From: Escherichia phage vB_EcoP_G7C
DNA length: 64,000 nt
Sequence record: NC_015933.1
Strand: one strand, 5' to 3'
The position numbers and the translations under genes were made by a program. Of this stretch, positions 38,626 to 48,190 are shown in pieces; positions within the stretch are counted from its first letter, which is position 1, and every line of letters begins with the position of its first letter. Under the pieces are notes generated by a model. It was given only the letters and a program-made list of their open reading frames with translations. It had not been told where the DNA came from and made no database searches.

Positions 38626-38650
38626 CCCGTAGGGCTTTTATTAGTATTAC
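38626..38650. terminator. Bidirectional terminator-like hairpin upstream of the vRNAP gene
   Basis: Stem AGCCC/GGGCT flanked by A-run and T-run. Confidence 0.5.
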
Positions 38651-40611
38651 CGATTTTGTCTGGGTTGCATATACTCAGGCAGTCCTTGTGCCTGACGTAA
38701 GTACCGTGCAGCACGTTCTTCATCTTCCTTGGCTCGTGCCCTGTCCACACTAGCCTGTGACCGAAAACCTCTTGGAGCCAGGTTAGCTGGGTCAGCCTGT
38801 ACTTGTGCCTGTGCAGCTTGGAGCATTGCAGCAGCTTTAGTAACAGCCTCCTGTCGTGCAGGTAACAGTGCAGTAAGACCAGTTTGCCCGGTGTTAATCT
38901 TATTCTGGGTATTTGCCAGTGCAGCTACAGCAGCATCATACGCAGTCTGTGCTGCCTGAATATTCTGCATAGCTTGAGCACGACCTAGGTTACGAACACT
39001 ACCTTCCAGTGGTTCTCCACGTTTCACACCCTCAATTAACTGTTCTACCTGACGGTCATTAAGACGCATACCATTACCGGCTTCATTGGTAATGAATGGG
39101 TTAACTGCATCAATAGCACGGCTAATATAACCTTCCGGTACACCGGTCTGTGCACGTTGCATAACAGCAGCAGCCATAGCAGGTGACATATTCCCACGTT
39201 GGGAAATATCGTTCAGTCGGTTCAGTACCCAGTTACGGTCAGCACCTTTAAAATCACCTTCCAACAGACGGTTAGCAATCTCACCTACTGGGGTATTATC
39301 AGTGACAGTACCGAGGAAGTCTGTGTTAAGACTACCGGTGTTATCCTGCATGGAACGTGTACCAATCATACCCTGAGCCAGAGTAGATACTGCCTGATTA
39401 CCTTGATTATTCTGAACCATAGCTAGTGGGTCAGCCCCTACTTCAGCTTGGGCAATAACAGGTTTAATCTCTTCCCATGTCATATCCTTATAAGCACCTG
39501 GGGTAGAGTTAGGCAGAGCAGCCCAAGTATCTTTAAGGTTACCGTTCTTACGAGCCTCGAAGATAGCCTTACCAATCTTATCCTGGTTCTCAGGAGAAAG
39601 GGGCTGGCTTTGCCAATCTGAACCAAGAACTTTAGGAGCGAAGTCTTTCAGGGTAGCTTGGTTAATCTGGAATGCTCCAACAGGTGAAGCACCCTGATTC
39701 GACTTCATACCATCCTGGTGTTTAATTACATCACCAATACTCATTTGAGTAATAGGAGTAGATGTACCAGCAAACTGGTAGGTAACATCGTAAGGGGAAC
39801 CCTGACGTGTACCAGCAGTACCCGGAGCAGACGTAGCACCAACATTGTTACCGTAAACACCCGGGTATGCTCGTGCAAGCATTTCCTGCAAACGTGCCTG
39901 GGCAACCGGAGACAGGTTCTTACTATATGCTTCTGCCAATAGACGGGCATCATTAGGGTTCTCAGCACCACGGGTAATCTGTGACATTACACCCATAGCT
40001 GCCTGACTATCGGCATCATTACGCTGAGCAACACCTAAATCAAAACGGTTCTGTGCCTGATTAATAGCCTGACCACTTTGGCCTTGAAGACGGCTCAGCA
40101 TGTCCAATTGCTGGTCAGCAGGGAGTGCAGACAATGCATCACGGGTCTGACTTAATGCAGCATTAATACGGTTCTGGTCACCTGACTGGTATGCCTCAGA
40201 CAGTAAACGGATAGCAGGGGAAGCATTATCTAATGCAGTGTTAGTATCCTGTAAACGACCAAAGCGATACGCATTGTAGTCATTGGTTCCCTGCTGACCT
40301 TGTTGAGTCAACAGTGTACCTGCTCTCTCATCCAGGTTTTGAAGGGTACGCTGGTTTATCAATGAACGGTCAACCCCCTGAAATAATGCACCAGATGCCA
40401 AAGCATTACGGTACTCAGTAGGGTCTTGGTACTGCATAGCATTCATCATGACGGCATTGCCAGCCTCCTGCTTGGCAGCGTTCTGGAAATTACCCAGTGC
40501 ATCACTTAAGCCGGAGGTGGCGTTACCAATCATGCTGCCAAATGTGCGAATGCTGTCACCAACTCCAGAAAAGTTAGGTGCATCAACATTACGCCATGTA
40601 ATTTGAGCCAT
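38647..40611 (-). CDS. Virion internal/structural protein, Q/N/A-rich
   Basis: 654-aa ORF with TAGGAAACC RBS; Gln/Asn/Ala-rich composition; directly upstream of vRNAP in the late operon. Confidence 0.7.
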   Translation of the reverse strand: MAQITWRNVDAPNFSGVGDSIRTFGSMIGNATSGLSDALGNFQNAAKQEAGNAVMMNAMQYQDPTEYRNALASGALFQGVDRSLINQRTLQNLDERAGTLLTQQGQQGTNDYNAYRFGRLQDTNTALDNASPAIRLLSEAYQSGDQNRINAALSQTRDALSALPADQQLDMLSRLQGQSGQAINQAQNRFDLGVAQRNDADSQAAMGVMSQITRGAENPNDARLLAEAYSKNLSPVAQARLQEMLARAYPGVYGNNVGATSAPGTAGTRQGSPYDVTYQFAGTSTPITQMSIGDVIKHQDGMKSNQGASPVGAFQINQATLKDFAPKVLGSDWQSQPLSPENQDKIGKAIFEARKNGNLKDTWAALPNSTPGAYKDMTWEEIKPVIAQAEVGADPLAMVQNNQGNQAVSTLAQGMIGTRSMQDNTGSLNTDFLGTVTDNTPVGEIANRLLEGDFKGADRNWVLNRLNDISQRGNMSPAMAAAVMQRAQTGVPEGYISRAIDAVNPFITNEAGNGMRLNDRQVEQLIEGVKRGEPLEGSVRNLGRAQAMQNIQAAQTAYDAAVAALANTQNKINTGQTGLTALLPARQEAVTKAAAMLQAAQAQVQADPANLAPRGFRSQASVDRARAKEDEERAARYLRQAQGLPEYMQPRQNR

Positions 40612-40623
40612 GATGGTTTCCTA

Positions 40624-41085
40624 TTAACGAGTAAGTTTATTAGCTGCAATGTAAGCATCAGCTGAAGACTGGTCACGGTTCTCTGCTGTAGCACGGCTAC
40701 GAGCACGGTCTTCCAGTGCAGTGTTATAAGACTTAATCTGATTATTCAGGTTAGTGTTAGTAACGCTCTTAGCAAAGTTCAACTGGTTTTTGGCTAACTT
40801 GTTAGCCTGGAAACCACCATAGATATTGGCTAAGGAACCAAGTGCATCAAGTCCTAGTTGGAAGGTAGGAATATTCATGCCTAATTGGTCAGTCAAGCCT
40901 GAATCATTACCTGAGCCAAACAAAGAACTATCCAAACTACCATTTAAAAAATCCATGCCAACTGTTTGTCCGGGCCGATAATTCATTGCCGGAGTACTAA
41001 AGTTTTGCTTCTGGTTGTTACCAGATAACCAGGACAAAGCCCCTGGCTGAAGGGTTTGGTTGCCTGTAAAGAATGACAAATCCAT
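40624..41085 (-). CDS. Virion protein (hypothetical)
   Basis: ATG at 41085 with AGGAGA RBS (ORF-track TTG at 41106). Confidence 0.6.
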   Translation of the reverse strand: MDLSFFTGNQTLQPGALSWLSGNNQKQNFSTPAMNYRPGQTVGMDFLNGSLDSSLFGSGNDSGLTDQLGMNIPTFQLGLDALGSLANIYGGFQANKLAKNQLNFAKSVTNTNLNNQIKSYNTALEDRARSRATAENRDQSSADAYIAANKLTR

Positions 41086-41098
41086 GGGGATTCTCCTG

Positions 41099-43750
41099 TT
41101 AAACAAGGTCAGTATTAAGAGTCATATCAGAGTAGCTGCCAATCATGTTTAAGGACATGTCAGCTATATCCGAACCAGTCATAAGAGTACGTGAGAGGAA
41201 AGAATCCAACGACTCCAATGACACAAATTGCATAGGGTCAATTACACCCTGCCCAGCAGTACCAAACATTTCTTCATACTGCTTATTGATTGCCATCATA
41301 TCAGTATTGTACTGCTGCATTACATTCTCTGCTTTCTGAATAGTAGCAGCCGTAGATGCATTAATATACTGGCTAATACCATTACCTACTGAACTGGTAA
41401 GCTGCATAATGTTCTGAGCATTCATCATTTCACCGGCTAAGGTAGATAAGGATGTACCAGTAGACATAGCAGTACCAACGTTCATAGCCACCATTGAAGC
41501 AATAGCAGCAATGATAAAACCTAGCTTATCACCAAACAGAGAAGTGGATACTTTAGTGACAATAGATATCATAATCATTGCAGCAATGGCGTTTGCTACA
41601 GCACCTACTATTACAGCAGCTAATCCAACAAAACCTAGCGATGCACCAACTGCACCATAAGCCCCAAGAATACCTGCACCACCAGCACTACCAGCACCCA
41701 TAGTAAATACGGATATAACGACAGCAACTACAACAACCACAATCTTAAAGGCAGAGGACTGATACCACTTTTTCTTAACCTTTTTATATGAGTTCATTAC
41801 TAAGTAAGAGCAGGCAGTAGATAACTGAGTGCTACGAACTAGTGACATTGAACGATAGATGTTGGTGTGCAGGGGAATAATGAATCCACTCTCTTCTGCA
41901 TCACCCATTGCTTCAGCAACATCAATATTTACTGACTTATTTTTATATACCTTGTTGCTATGATGAAGGCCCAATACCCTAAGTTTACGGTAGGTATTAT
42001 TACCATCCTGCCAAAGCAACTCATATTCTTGCATAGTATAAAACGTAGGGGTAACTTCCAGCTTTTTGCTAGCACCAGCACGCATGTTCTTACGGGTAAG
42101 GGTTATATCCCCTGCATATCTGGCTCGAAGTTGTCCTTGTTTAGCACCAGCCCATGCTTCACCGGAATGGGTAGTTTCAAATACGTAGTTCCAACTAATA
42201 GTCATATCATACTTATAATGCTTACTACTATGCACCCTAAACTCCCGCTTAGGTATAACAGGGTATTCTGGCAGCGGTGGAGGTGTTCCAACAATTTGGC
42301 CTTCATGCCTGTCCCACCATTCCTCATATGCATCTACTGCATCGTTTGCTGCCTGATAACCTGCAATCACTGCTTCCAGTGTAGGGTAGGTTGGATCAGG
42401 TGGAAATGCTTCAGTAGCCATCTGAAAGAAACGGTAGATGTATTCCTTAGCAGTATCTTCTGGAGTATTAAGAGATACACCGAATGTGCCATAGATGTAT
42501 TGAATATCGCCTATGTCATCATTCTTCTTAAGCTCAGTCACTACTTTATCTAGCTTACCACCAGTAGCTTTATAGAGTGCCTTCTTACAGTGGGGGTAGA
42601 TTGTGTCATTCTCTACCCATTGCTTATCATTCCTGATTGGAATAAATGGATAGAATCGGTTATCAGTAGCCTCAGTTTCAAACAGTGAATCGAGTGTAGC
42701 GTTACCTGAGTTCTTCTTATAGATAAGCATCTTAGGTGTACCAACAGCAGTCATCTCAGTGTCAGTACGAGTAGTCTGGGATGAGTACTTACGAACCAGT
42801 GTCTCTGTGGTCGTGGTGATTGTATCGGTGCGAGTAACACCACCACCTAAATTAACTACATTAGTGGTTACAGTAGTACTGGATTGAACCTCACCAAACT
42901 TTCTATGAGTCATTACCCTGTCAGATACAACTACAGTTACATCATCAGGTTTCTCAGTGAACCCTCTACGGTAAACCTTAACGTAAGAGTTCCAGTTATC
43001 CACACTTGGTACAGTAACAGTACTGTCTTCATATGGTCTACCATCAGAGTAAACAGAATGAGTCTGTATAGTCTTAGTAAGATTGGTTGTGTTAGCCGTC
43101 GTATTACTTGAGATGGTAGTCCATAACAGAGTAGACGGTAAGTCATTTTCGCTGTTATAGACAGTAGTCGGACCTACTACCGGTGGATTGGTAGCCGGGG
43201 ACTTATAGAACGTGTAATCAGCATAGAGATACAAAGCACCTGGTTCAAAGTTAGTAGGTGTGAATGTAATGGGGGAACCTCCATCTAAGGAGGTCATAGT
43301 GATTACATTAGTATCTTCATCAATGTCTATGTCGAATCGTTCCATGATTCGACTTGGGGCATTCTCATAAAGATACTGATCACACCATTGCTCAAAGTCA
43401 GCAAAGCCAATCTCTGCTGCCTGAACATAGACAGATTCTCCAGCAGGTGGAGTAATTTGACCCTCTATAACAGTAGGGTCAATCTTAGCCAGTACACCTA
43501 ATGAAGCCCCTGCCATACCAACTTCTGAATCATAGTGGTTCTTGCTCCAGCTAGAGAACAGTCGCATACGTATACCAGGCCCCTTCAGATAACTATCAGA
43601 GATAGTGTCTGCCATAGTGAATCCTGTATCAGCAACAATCTTACCGATGACTACAGTCTTCATATAGTTTGGACGTTTGTGTATATCCCCTGCCATGTTA
43701 TAGACAGAGGATGCTACGTATACTTTGGTCTTACTACTGAATAAGCCCAT
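41099..43750 (-). CDS. Large virion protein with long Gly/Ala-rich multi-helix hydrophobic region (candidate ejection/channel protein)
   Basis: 883 aa; roughly 150-aa stretch of consecutive hydrophobic G/A/V/I-rich segments (IVVVVVAVVISVF…AAVIVGAVANAIAAMIMISIV…FIIAAIASMVAMNVG). Confidence 0.75.
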   Translation of the reverse strand: MGLFSSKTKVYVASSVYNMAGDIHKRPNYMKTVVIGKIVADTGFTMADTISDSYLKGPGIRMRLFSSWSKNHYDSEVGMAGASLGVLAKIDPTVIEGQITPPAGESVYVQAAEIGFADFEQWCDQYLYENAPSRIMERFDIDIDEDTNVITMTSLDGGSPITFTPTNFEPGALYLYADYTFYKSPATNPPVVGPTTVYNSENDLPSTLLWTTISSNTTANTTNLTKTIQTHSVYSDGRPYEDSTVTVPSVDNWNSYVKVYRRGFTEKPDDVTVVVSDRVMTHRKFGEVQSSTTVTTNVVNLGGGVTRTDTITTTTETLVRKYSSQTTRTDTEMTAVGTPKMLIYKKNSGNATLDSLFETEATDNRFYPFIPIRNDKQWVENDTIYPHCKKALYKATGGKLDKVVTELKKNDDIGDIQYIYGTFGVSLNTPEDTAKEYIYRFFQMATEAFPPDPTYPTLEAVIAGYQAANDAVDAYEEWWDRHEGQIVGTPPPLPEYPVIPKREFRVHSSKHYKYDMTISWNYVFETTHSGEAWAGAKQGQLRARYAGDITLTRKNMRAGASKKLEVTPTFYTMQEYELLWQDGNNTYRKLRVLGLHHSNKVYKNKSVNIDVAEAMGDAEESGFIIPLHTNIYRSMSLVRSTQLSTACSYLVMNSYKKVKKKWYQSSAFKIVVVVVAVVISVFTMGAGSAGGAGILGAYGAVGASLGFVGLAAVIVGAVANAIAAMIMISIVTKVSTSLFGDKLGFIIAAIASMVAMNVGTAMSTGTSLSTLAGEMMNAQNIMQLTSSVGNGISQYINASTAATIQKAENVMQQYNTDMMAINKQYEEMFGTAGQGVIDPMQFVSLESLDSFLSRTLMTGSDIADMSLNMIGSYSDMTLNTDLV

Positions 43751-43751
43751 A

Positions 43752-44588
43752 TTAATTCAGCCCGTTGTTAATCTTCAGCTTGGACAAAATGGTATCAAGA
43801 CTTGCGTTAGTGAAACCATTAGGCGGGTTCAAGCCTTCATCAATAGTCTTCTGTGTAATCCATGCATCAGTAAACAACTTAGATGCTTTAACTTCTGCAT
43901 CACGTTGGTAAGAAGTAATCTGTTGAGAGTACAACTCTTTCTGCTTACCTACGGAACCCCTAACTGCTGCACCGTCTGTACGAGTATCCAACGTCTGTGC
44001 ACGTTGTGCCTCAGTCTGCTCAGTAATCAGTTTAAGCTGTTGAGGTAACATCTGGTTAGCATTAAACAATGCAGCACAGTATGTTTCAGACTCAGTAGCA
44101 ATCTTCATCTTAGTGAGGGCATATTCACTCTTAGCAGACAGTGCCTGAATCTTAGCCAGCACATACTGAGCTTTAGAAGTAGCCAATGTAACACGAGCAG
44201 TGACTGCCTGAATCTGTGCCATAGCAGCAGCCCAGTATGCTTGGTCACGACCAAGTAAGAACTGAACAGCATTACTCATGCACGATTCCATCATGGCAAT
44301 ATAGGCTTTGGTGTATTCACCACCTGTAATACGGTTAGCTTTAAACTCAGCTTTAAGGTGATTGTGAGCAGATTCCATTAATGCATCAAACGTACCACTG
44401 CCCCCCACTTCACGGGTAGTAAGTGATTCATTTGTTACTTTGCTAATAGCATCAAAGATTGGAGAACTATCCCCACCAGGGATATCCCATTCGGGACCAG
44501 ACATATCAATATCAGGGAGGGTAAAGTCATCACCCTTAGTTAACTCTTCAAGGAGTCGGTTAGCTTCTACCTCAGCAGAACAAGACAT
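43752..44588 (-). CDS. Virion structural protein (hypothetical)
   Basis: ORF in late operon; ATG at 44588 is 6 nt after AGAGGA. Confidence 0.65.
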   Translation of the reverse strand: MSCSAEVEANRLLEELTKGDDFTLPDIDMSGPEWDIPGGDSSPIFDAISKVTNESLTTREVGGSGTFDALMESAHNHLKAEFKANRITGGEYTKAYIAMMESCMSNAVQFLLGRDQAYWAAAMAQIQAVTARVTLATSKAQYVLAKIQALSAKSEYALTKMKIATESETYCAALFNANQMLPQQLKLITEQTEAQRAQTLDTRTDGAAVRGSVGKQKELYSQQITSYQRDAEVKASKLFTDAWITQKTIDEGLNPPNGFTNASLDTILSKLKINNGLN

Positions 44589-44664
44589 AATCATTCCTCT
44601 TGGTTCAAAAAGAAACGGCCCACGGAGTTACCCCAGTGAGCCGTGTTGAACTGTAGCTTATACG

Positions 44665-45306
44665 TTAATCGTTCAGGCTACCAGCAGCAATCTGTGCTTG
44701 AGCCAGTTGAGCCAATTCTGCTTCAGTCAGCGGAGGCAATACTTCAATGGAGAACTCACGTGCTTCTGTTGCACGGATATCCGGTAAGCCATTCTTACCT
44801 TTACGAGTCGTAATGTTGATGAACTTACGCTCTTTAAGGAACTCGTAGATACAGTACGGAATATGATAACCATTATCGGTCACTTCACCGAATGGAACAA
44901 ACTTACGTACAGTACCCATATATTCGTTAGCTACGGTGATAATCTCACCCGGCAGGTCTTTCTTCTTAGGGTCAAGGTTCTGGATACGTACACGAATCAG
45001 TCGAGTCTGTTCTGCACGAATCTTCTGACCCAGGGTCATCTTCTTAACACCAGCTTCCTGTTTTTCACCCAAAGGATTAACAGCAGCTTCTTTTACTTCT
45101 GGTTCATCTTTTGCTTGTGCAGCTTCAATCTTCTCACGGAGTTTCTCAACGGAGATGTTGTTAGAGAACTTAATATTCATCAACGTTGCACGTTGCTTAA
45201 GAACTTCAAGTTCGCTAGGCATTGCAATATCGTTAACGGTATCTTCGTTGCCCTGTACGTCCAGTTCTACGCCAGTGGTCGGTTTATCGTTAATGCTCAT
45301 GTTCAT
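44665..45306 (-). CDS. Virion structural protein (hypothetical)
   Basis: CAGGAAAT RBS; immediately downstream of the capsid gene. Confidence 0.65.
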   Translation of the reverse strand: MNMSINDKPTTGVELDVQGNEDTVNDIAMPSELEVLKQRATLMNIKFSNNISVEKLREKIEAAQAKDEPEVKEAAVNPLGEKQEAGVKKMTLGQKIRAEQTRLIRVRIQNLDPKKKDLPGEIITVANEYMGTVRKFVPFGEVTDNGYHIPYCIYEFLKERKFINITTRKGKNGLPDIRATEAREFSIEVLPPLTEAELAQLAQAQIAAGSLND

Positions 45307-45373
45307 ATTTCCTGTGGTTCAACTAGTTTTATTAAGAGGGGGACACTAGTCCCCCTTATTTTATTTAGGACTA

Positions 45374-46576
45374 TTACAGAGGAGCAACAGTCTTAATCAG
45401 AGCCAGACGTTCTGGACGTTTAACCAGAATACCGTAGTACCACTTGATGGAACTGAAACCAGTCTCGCCATACGGGTCATTACGGTCAGCAGTTTCTCGA
45501 CCAGGCATCTTAGTCATGATGGAGAACTTAACAGACTTACCATCAGTCTGGAAACCAATGGTAGAGAAGGAGTCATCACCAACTACCAGCATCGGGAACA
45601 CGTCATAGTGTTCTTCGCCACTAACCATAGAAGAACGGTAACCTGGGTTAGTAGAGACTTGTGCACCAGCACCTGCCCAATGCAGCATCTCAGGAACCTG
45701 GATAATACGGAACTTGTCGATACAACCAATTTCACCATTCATCAGAGTACCAGCGTCAGCATAGTGCTGAACCTCAATGAATGCTTTGTTACCGAACAGG
45801 TCTTTCATCGCTTTCAGTTCTGGAACTAGTTCAGAACCAACGTACATTACACGAGTACCGCCAAGTACTTTGGTATCGGTAAGTTTAGAACCAGTGATGA
45901 TAGTAGTCTGAGTCGGAGTACGGTTCTCAGTAAGAATCTGGTCAAGACGCATCAGGTTCTTATAAGAAACTACAGACGGGGTAGCACCTTCACCCGTGAT
46001 GGTAGCATCGGAAGTAGCAGCACCTGCATACAGTACAGTACCAGCAGCAGCCAACAGGTCTTTCTGGAGAACAGCTTCAGTCAGCTGTACAGCACCGTTC
46101 ATCAGTTCACGAGACAGGTGTTCTTTCAGTTGGTCATCAGAATCAAAGTCCAGGGACTCTTGAGTAAATTCGTAGAAGAAACCGAACTTATGAATGGAAC
46201 CTTCACGAGACAGACGGGTAAAGCCTACACGGTTAACACGACCACCGTTCTCTGTCAGCAGAGGCAGTTTAGAAGTGATGTTACCAACGTCTCGGGAAGA
46301 ACCATACAGGTTACCATTAACGATGGTAGCACCATTAGCATCAATACCCTGGTCGTTGATGTTCTTATCGTCAAGCAGTGGAACGTACTCATACACCTTA
46401 ACAGTCTTACCGTAGTTCTTCGGCATGTTAATAGTGTTAGCCAGTGGCATGAAGTACTGGTCTTTACGGGACTGAATAATAGCTTTCTTCAGCCAGTAAT
46501 AGGTATTCATCTGGTCGGAACCAGCACCATCAATGCTAGATTTCTGGCCGTCAATTGGGGCGTTATAGTTTAACAT
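45374..46576 (-). CDS. Major capsid protein (by size and position)
   Basis: 400-aa ORF with CAGGAA RBS located between scaffold-like acidic protein and portal, as in N4-like gene order; no motif-level confirmation. Confidence 0.65.
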   Translation of the reverse strand: MLNYNAPIDGQKSSIDGAGSDQMNTYYWLKKAIIQSRKDQYFMPLANTINMPKNYGKTVKVYEYVPLLDDKNINDQGIDANGATIVNGNLYGSSRDVGNITSKLPLLTENGGRVNRVGFTRLSREGSIHKFGFFYEFTQESLDFDSDDQLKEHLSRELMNGAVQLTEAVLQKDLLAAAGTVLYAGAATSDATITGEGATPSVVSYKNLMRLDQILTENRTPTQTTIITGSKLTDTKVLGGTRVMYVGSELVPELKAMKDLFGNKAFIEVQHYADAGTLMNGEIGCIDKFRIIQVPEMLHWAGAGAQVSTNPGYRSSMVSGEEHYDVFPMLVVGDDSFSTIGFQTDGKSVKFSIMTKMPGRETADRNDPYGETGFSSIKWYYGILVKRPERLALIKTVAPL

Positions 46577-46592
46577 ATCATCTTATTCCTGT

Positions 46593-47813
46593 TTAAAGAC
46601 TACCCGGTACTGGGAGTTTAGCGAAATCTTCATCACTCATTGCGAGTGGGTTTACAATAGGTGTTGCTTTACGTGTAGCAGCCCGATTAAGGGAAGCTGC
46701 TTTAGCTTGCTCACTGTTAGCCAGAGTCTGCTTAGGTTGTGCTACACGCACTACCGGCTGAACCACTGGCTTAACTGCTTGTACCGGTTCTGGCTTAGCC
46801 GCTCGGTTAAATGCCCCTTGCTGTGTAAGGAGGTTACCGACGTGGTTATAAGCCTGAATGAACGGAGTACCTACCGGAATCTGGCCTAACATTTGAAGAC
46901 GGTTCACTTCGTTTGCAATGGTGTCATAAATACCATTCTCACGTTGTTCGTGAATAGTCTGAAGTAGGCCACGATTCTGGTAAAGAGCTTCTTTACTGGC
47001 AGCATCCCATGTCGAGCCGATAACACCTAATGTAGCTTGTCCTTCTTGAGTAGACTTTAAGTCGTCAATTTCGGTTGCAAAATCTGCTTCGGTGTCGGTA
47101 ACACGGTGATTGCCACCCTGGTAGTTAATTTCTTCATCTGGGTTAAAGTCCAGAGGATCTGTACCAGAGTCTTTGAGCAACTTCTTAATGGCTTCAGGAT
47201 TCTTTTTATCCAGGTCAATAAGGAAAGAAAGTTTATCCTCATCCATTAAACCGTTGTTCTGTAACATCAGCATTACCTTACGGTAAGGCTTTAGTTCTTG
47301 CATCTTGCGAGTATAGTTAGCACCCATCTGCATCAGGCTAATGGCCTCCTCCGGTGAACGGGGAGTAATCACTTTGCCGTTAGCTTTAAAAGGAGCCATC
47401 AACTTCTCGTAACCTTCTTTATAGTTGAAGTCAGCAGGCAGACCTTCAGACTGTTTGCCTTCTTCTTTCTGTTCCTGGCCTGGTTCAGTAGTAGAAGGTT
47501 CAGCTTTAGTAATCGGCTCGCCGTTACTATCAACTTCTGTGTCAACAACTTTATCATCAACTTTATCAGAAGTTAAAGAATTTGCTGAATCTTCTTCATC
47601 TGGTTCGGCTTCAGGGGAGGTTTCTTCGGTTGGTAGGTCTTCAACAGCAGGGGTGTCAACTTCTTCTTCAGGAGTCTGTACGCCGTTGGTTTCTGGGTTG
47701 TTCTGAGTGGAAGTATCTTCCTCAGCGATAATTGCTGGGGCTTCCATATTCAGAATCTCATCATCCGACATTGCGAGAATGTCGGAAGCTGTGGTTGCAG
47801 CTTCCGTAGTCAT
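46593..47813 (-). CDS. Scaffolding-like protein with highly acidic N-terminal region
   Basis: N-terminal ~100 aa rich in E/D/T/P; GGAGAT RBS; position between portal and capsid. Confidence 0.6.
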   Translation of the reverse strand: MTTEAATTASDILAMSDDEILNMEAPAIIAEEDTSTQNNPETNGVQTPEEEVDTPAVEDLPTEETSPEAEPDEEDSANSLTSDKVDDKVVDTEVDSNGEPITKAEPSTTEPGQEQKEEGKQSEGLPADFNYKEGYEKLMAPFKANGKVITPRSPEEAISLMQMGANYTRKMQELKPYRKVMLMLQNNGLMDEDKLSFLIDLDKKNPEAIKKLLKDSGTDPLDFNPDEEINYQGGNHRVTDTEADFATEIDDLKSTQEGQATLGVIGSTWDAASKEALYQNRGLLQTIHEQRENGIYDTIANEVNRLQMLGQIPVGTPFIQAYNHVGNLLTQQGAFNRAAKPEPVQAVKPVVQPVVRVAQPKQTLANSEQAKAASLNRAATRKATPIVNPLAMSDEDFAKLPVPGSL

Positions 47814-47832
47814 AGGAAATATCTCCGGTTAA

Positions 47833-48177
47833 TTATTCGTCTTCAGGTTCAGCACGAACTGCGTCGAGTTCTTCTTCTACCTGTAGAATAACGTCAGCTT
47901 CGTTTTCGCCCATACGAATGGCAAGATCAAGCCAACGACGTAAGTGACCAGCAGCTTGAGCCATGTTCAATGCATCTGCACGGTTATTGGGTTCAAGCAG
48001 TGGGTCACCAGACTCTTGCACGTAACGTGCACAATCTTCCGTACAGAACTGGCGAAGAATTACTTTACGGAACAGTGGATTCTCCAGAAGTTTACGTACA
48101 TCTTCTGCATGTGCAACTGCACCTTTAGCAGCTTCCAGTCGATGTTCCAGTCCAGCGATTGTTGATTCTTTACTCAT
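47833..48177 (-). CDS. Hypothetical protein (head assembly region)
   Basis: ORF track, late operon. Confidence 0.55.
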   Translation of the reverse strand: MSKESTIAGLEHRLEAAKGAVAHAEDVRKLLENPLFRKVILRQFCTEDCARYVQESGDPLLEPNNRADALNMAQAAGHLRRWLDLAIRMGENEADVILQVEEELDAVRAEPEDE

Positions 48178-48190
48178 GTGAAGGTCTGCC

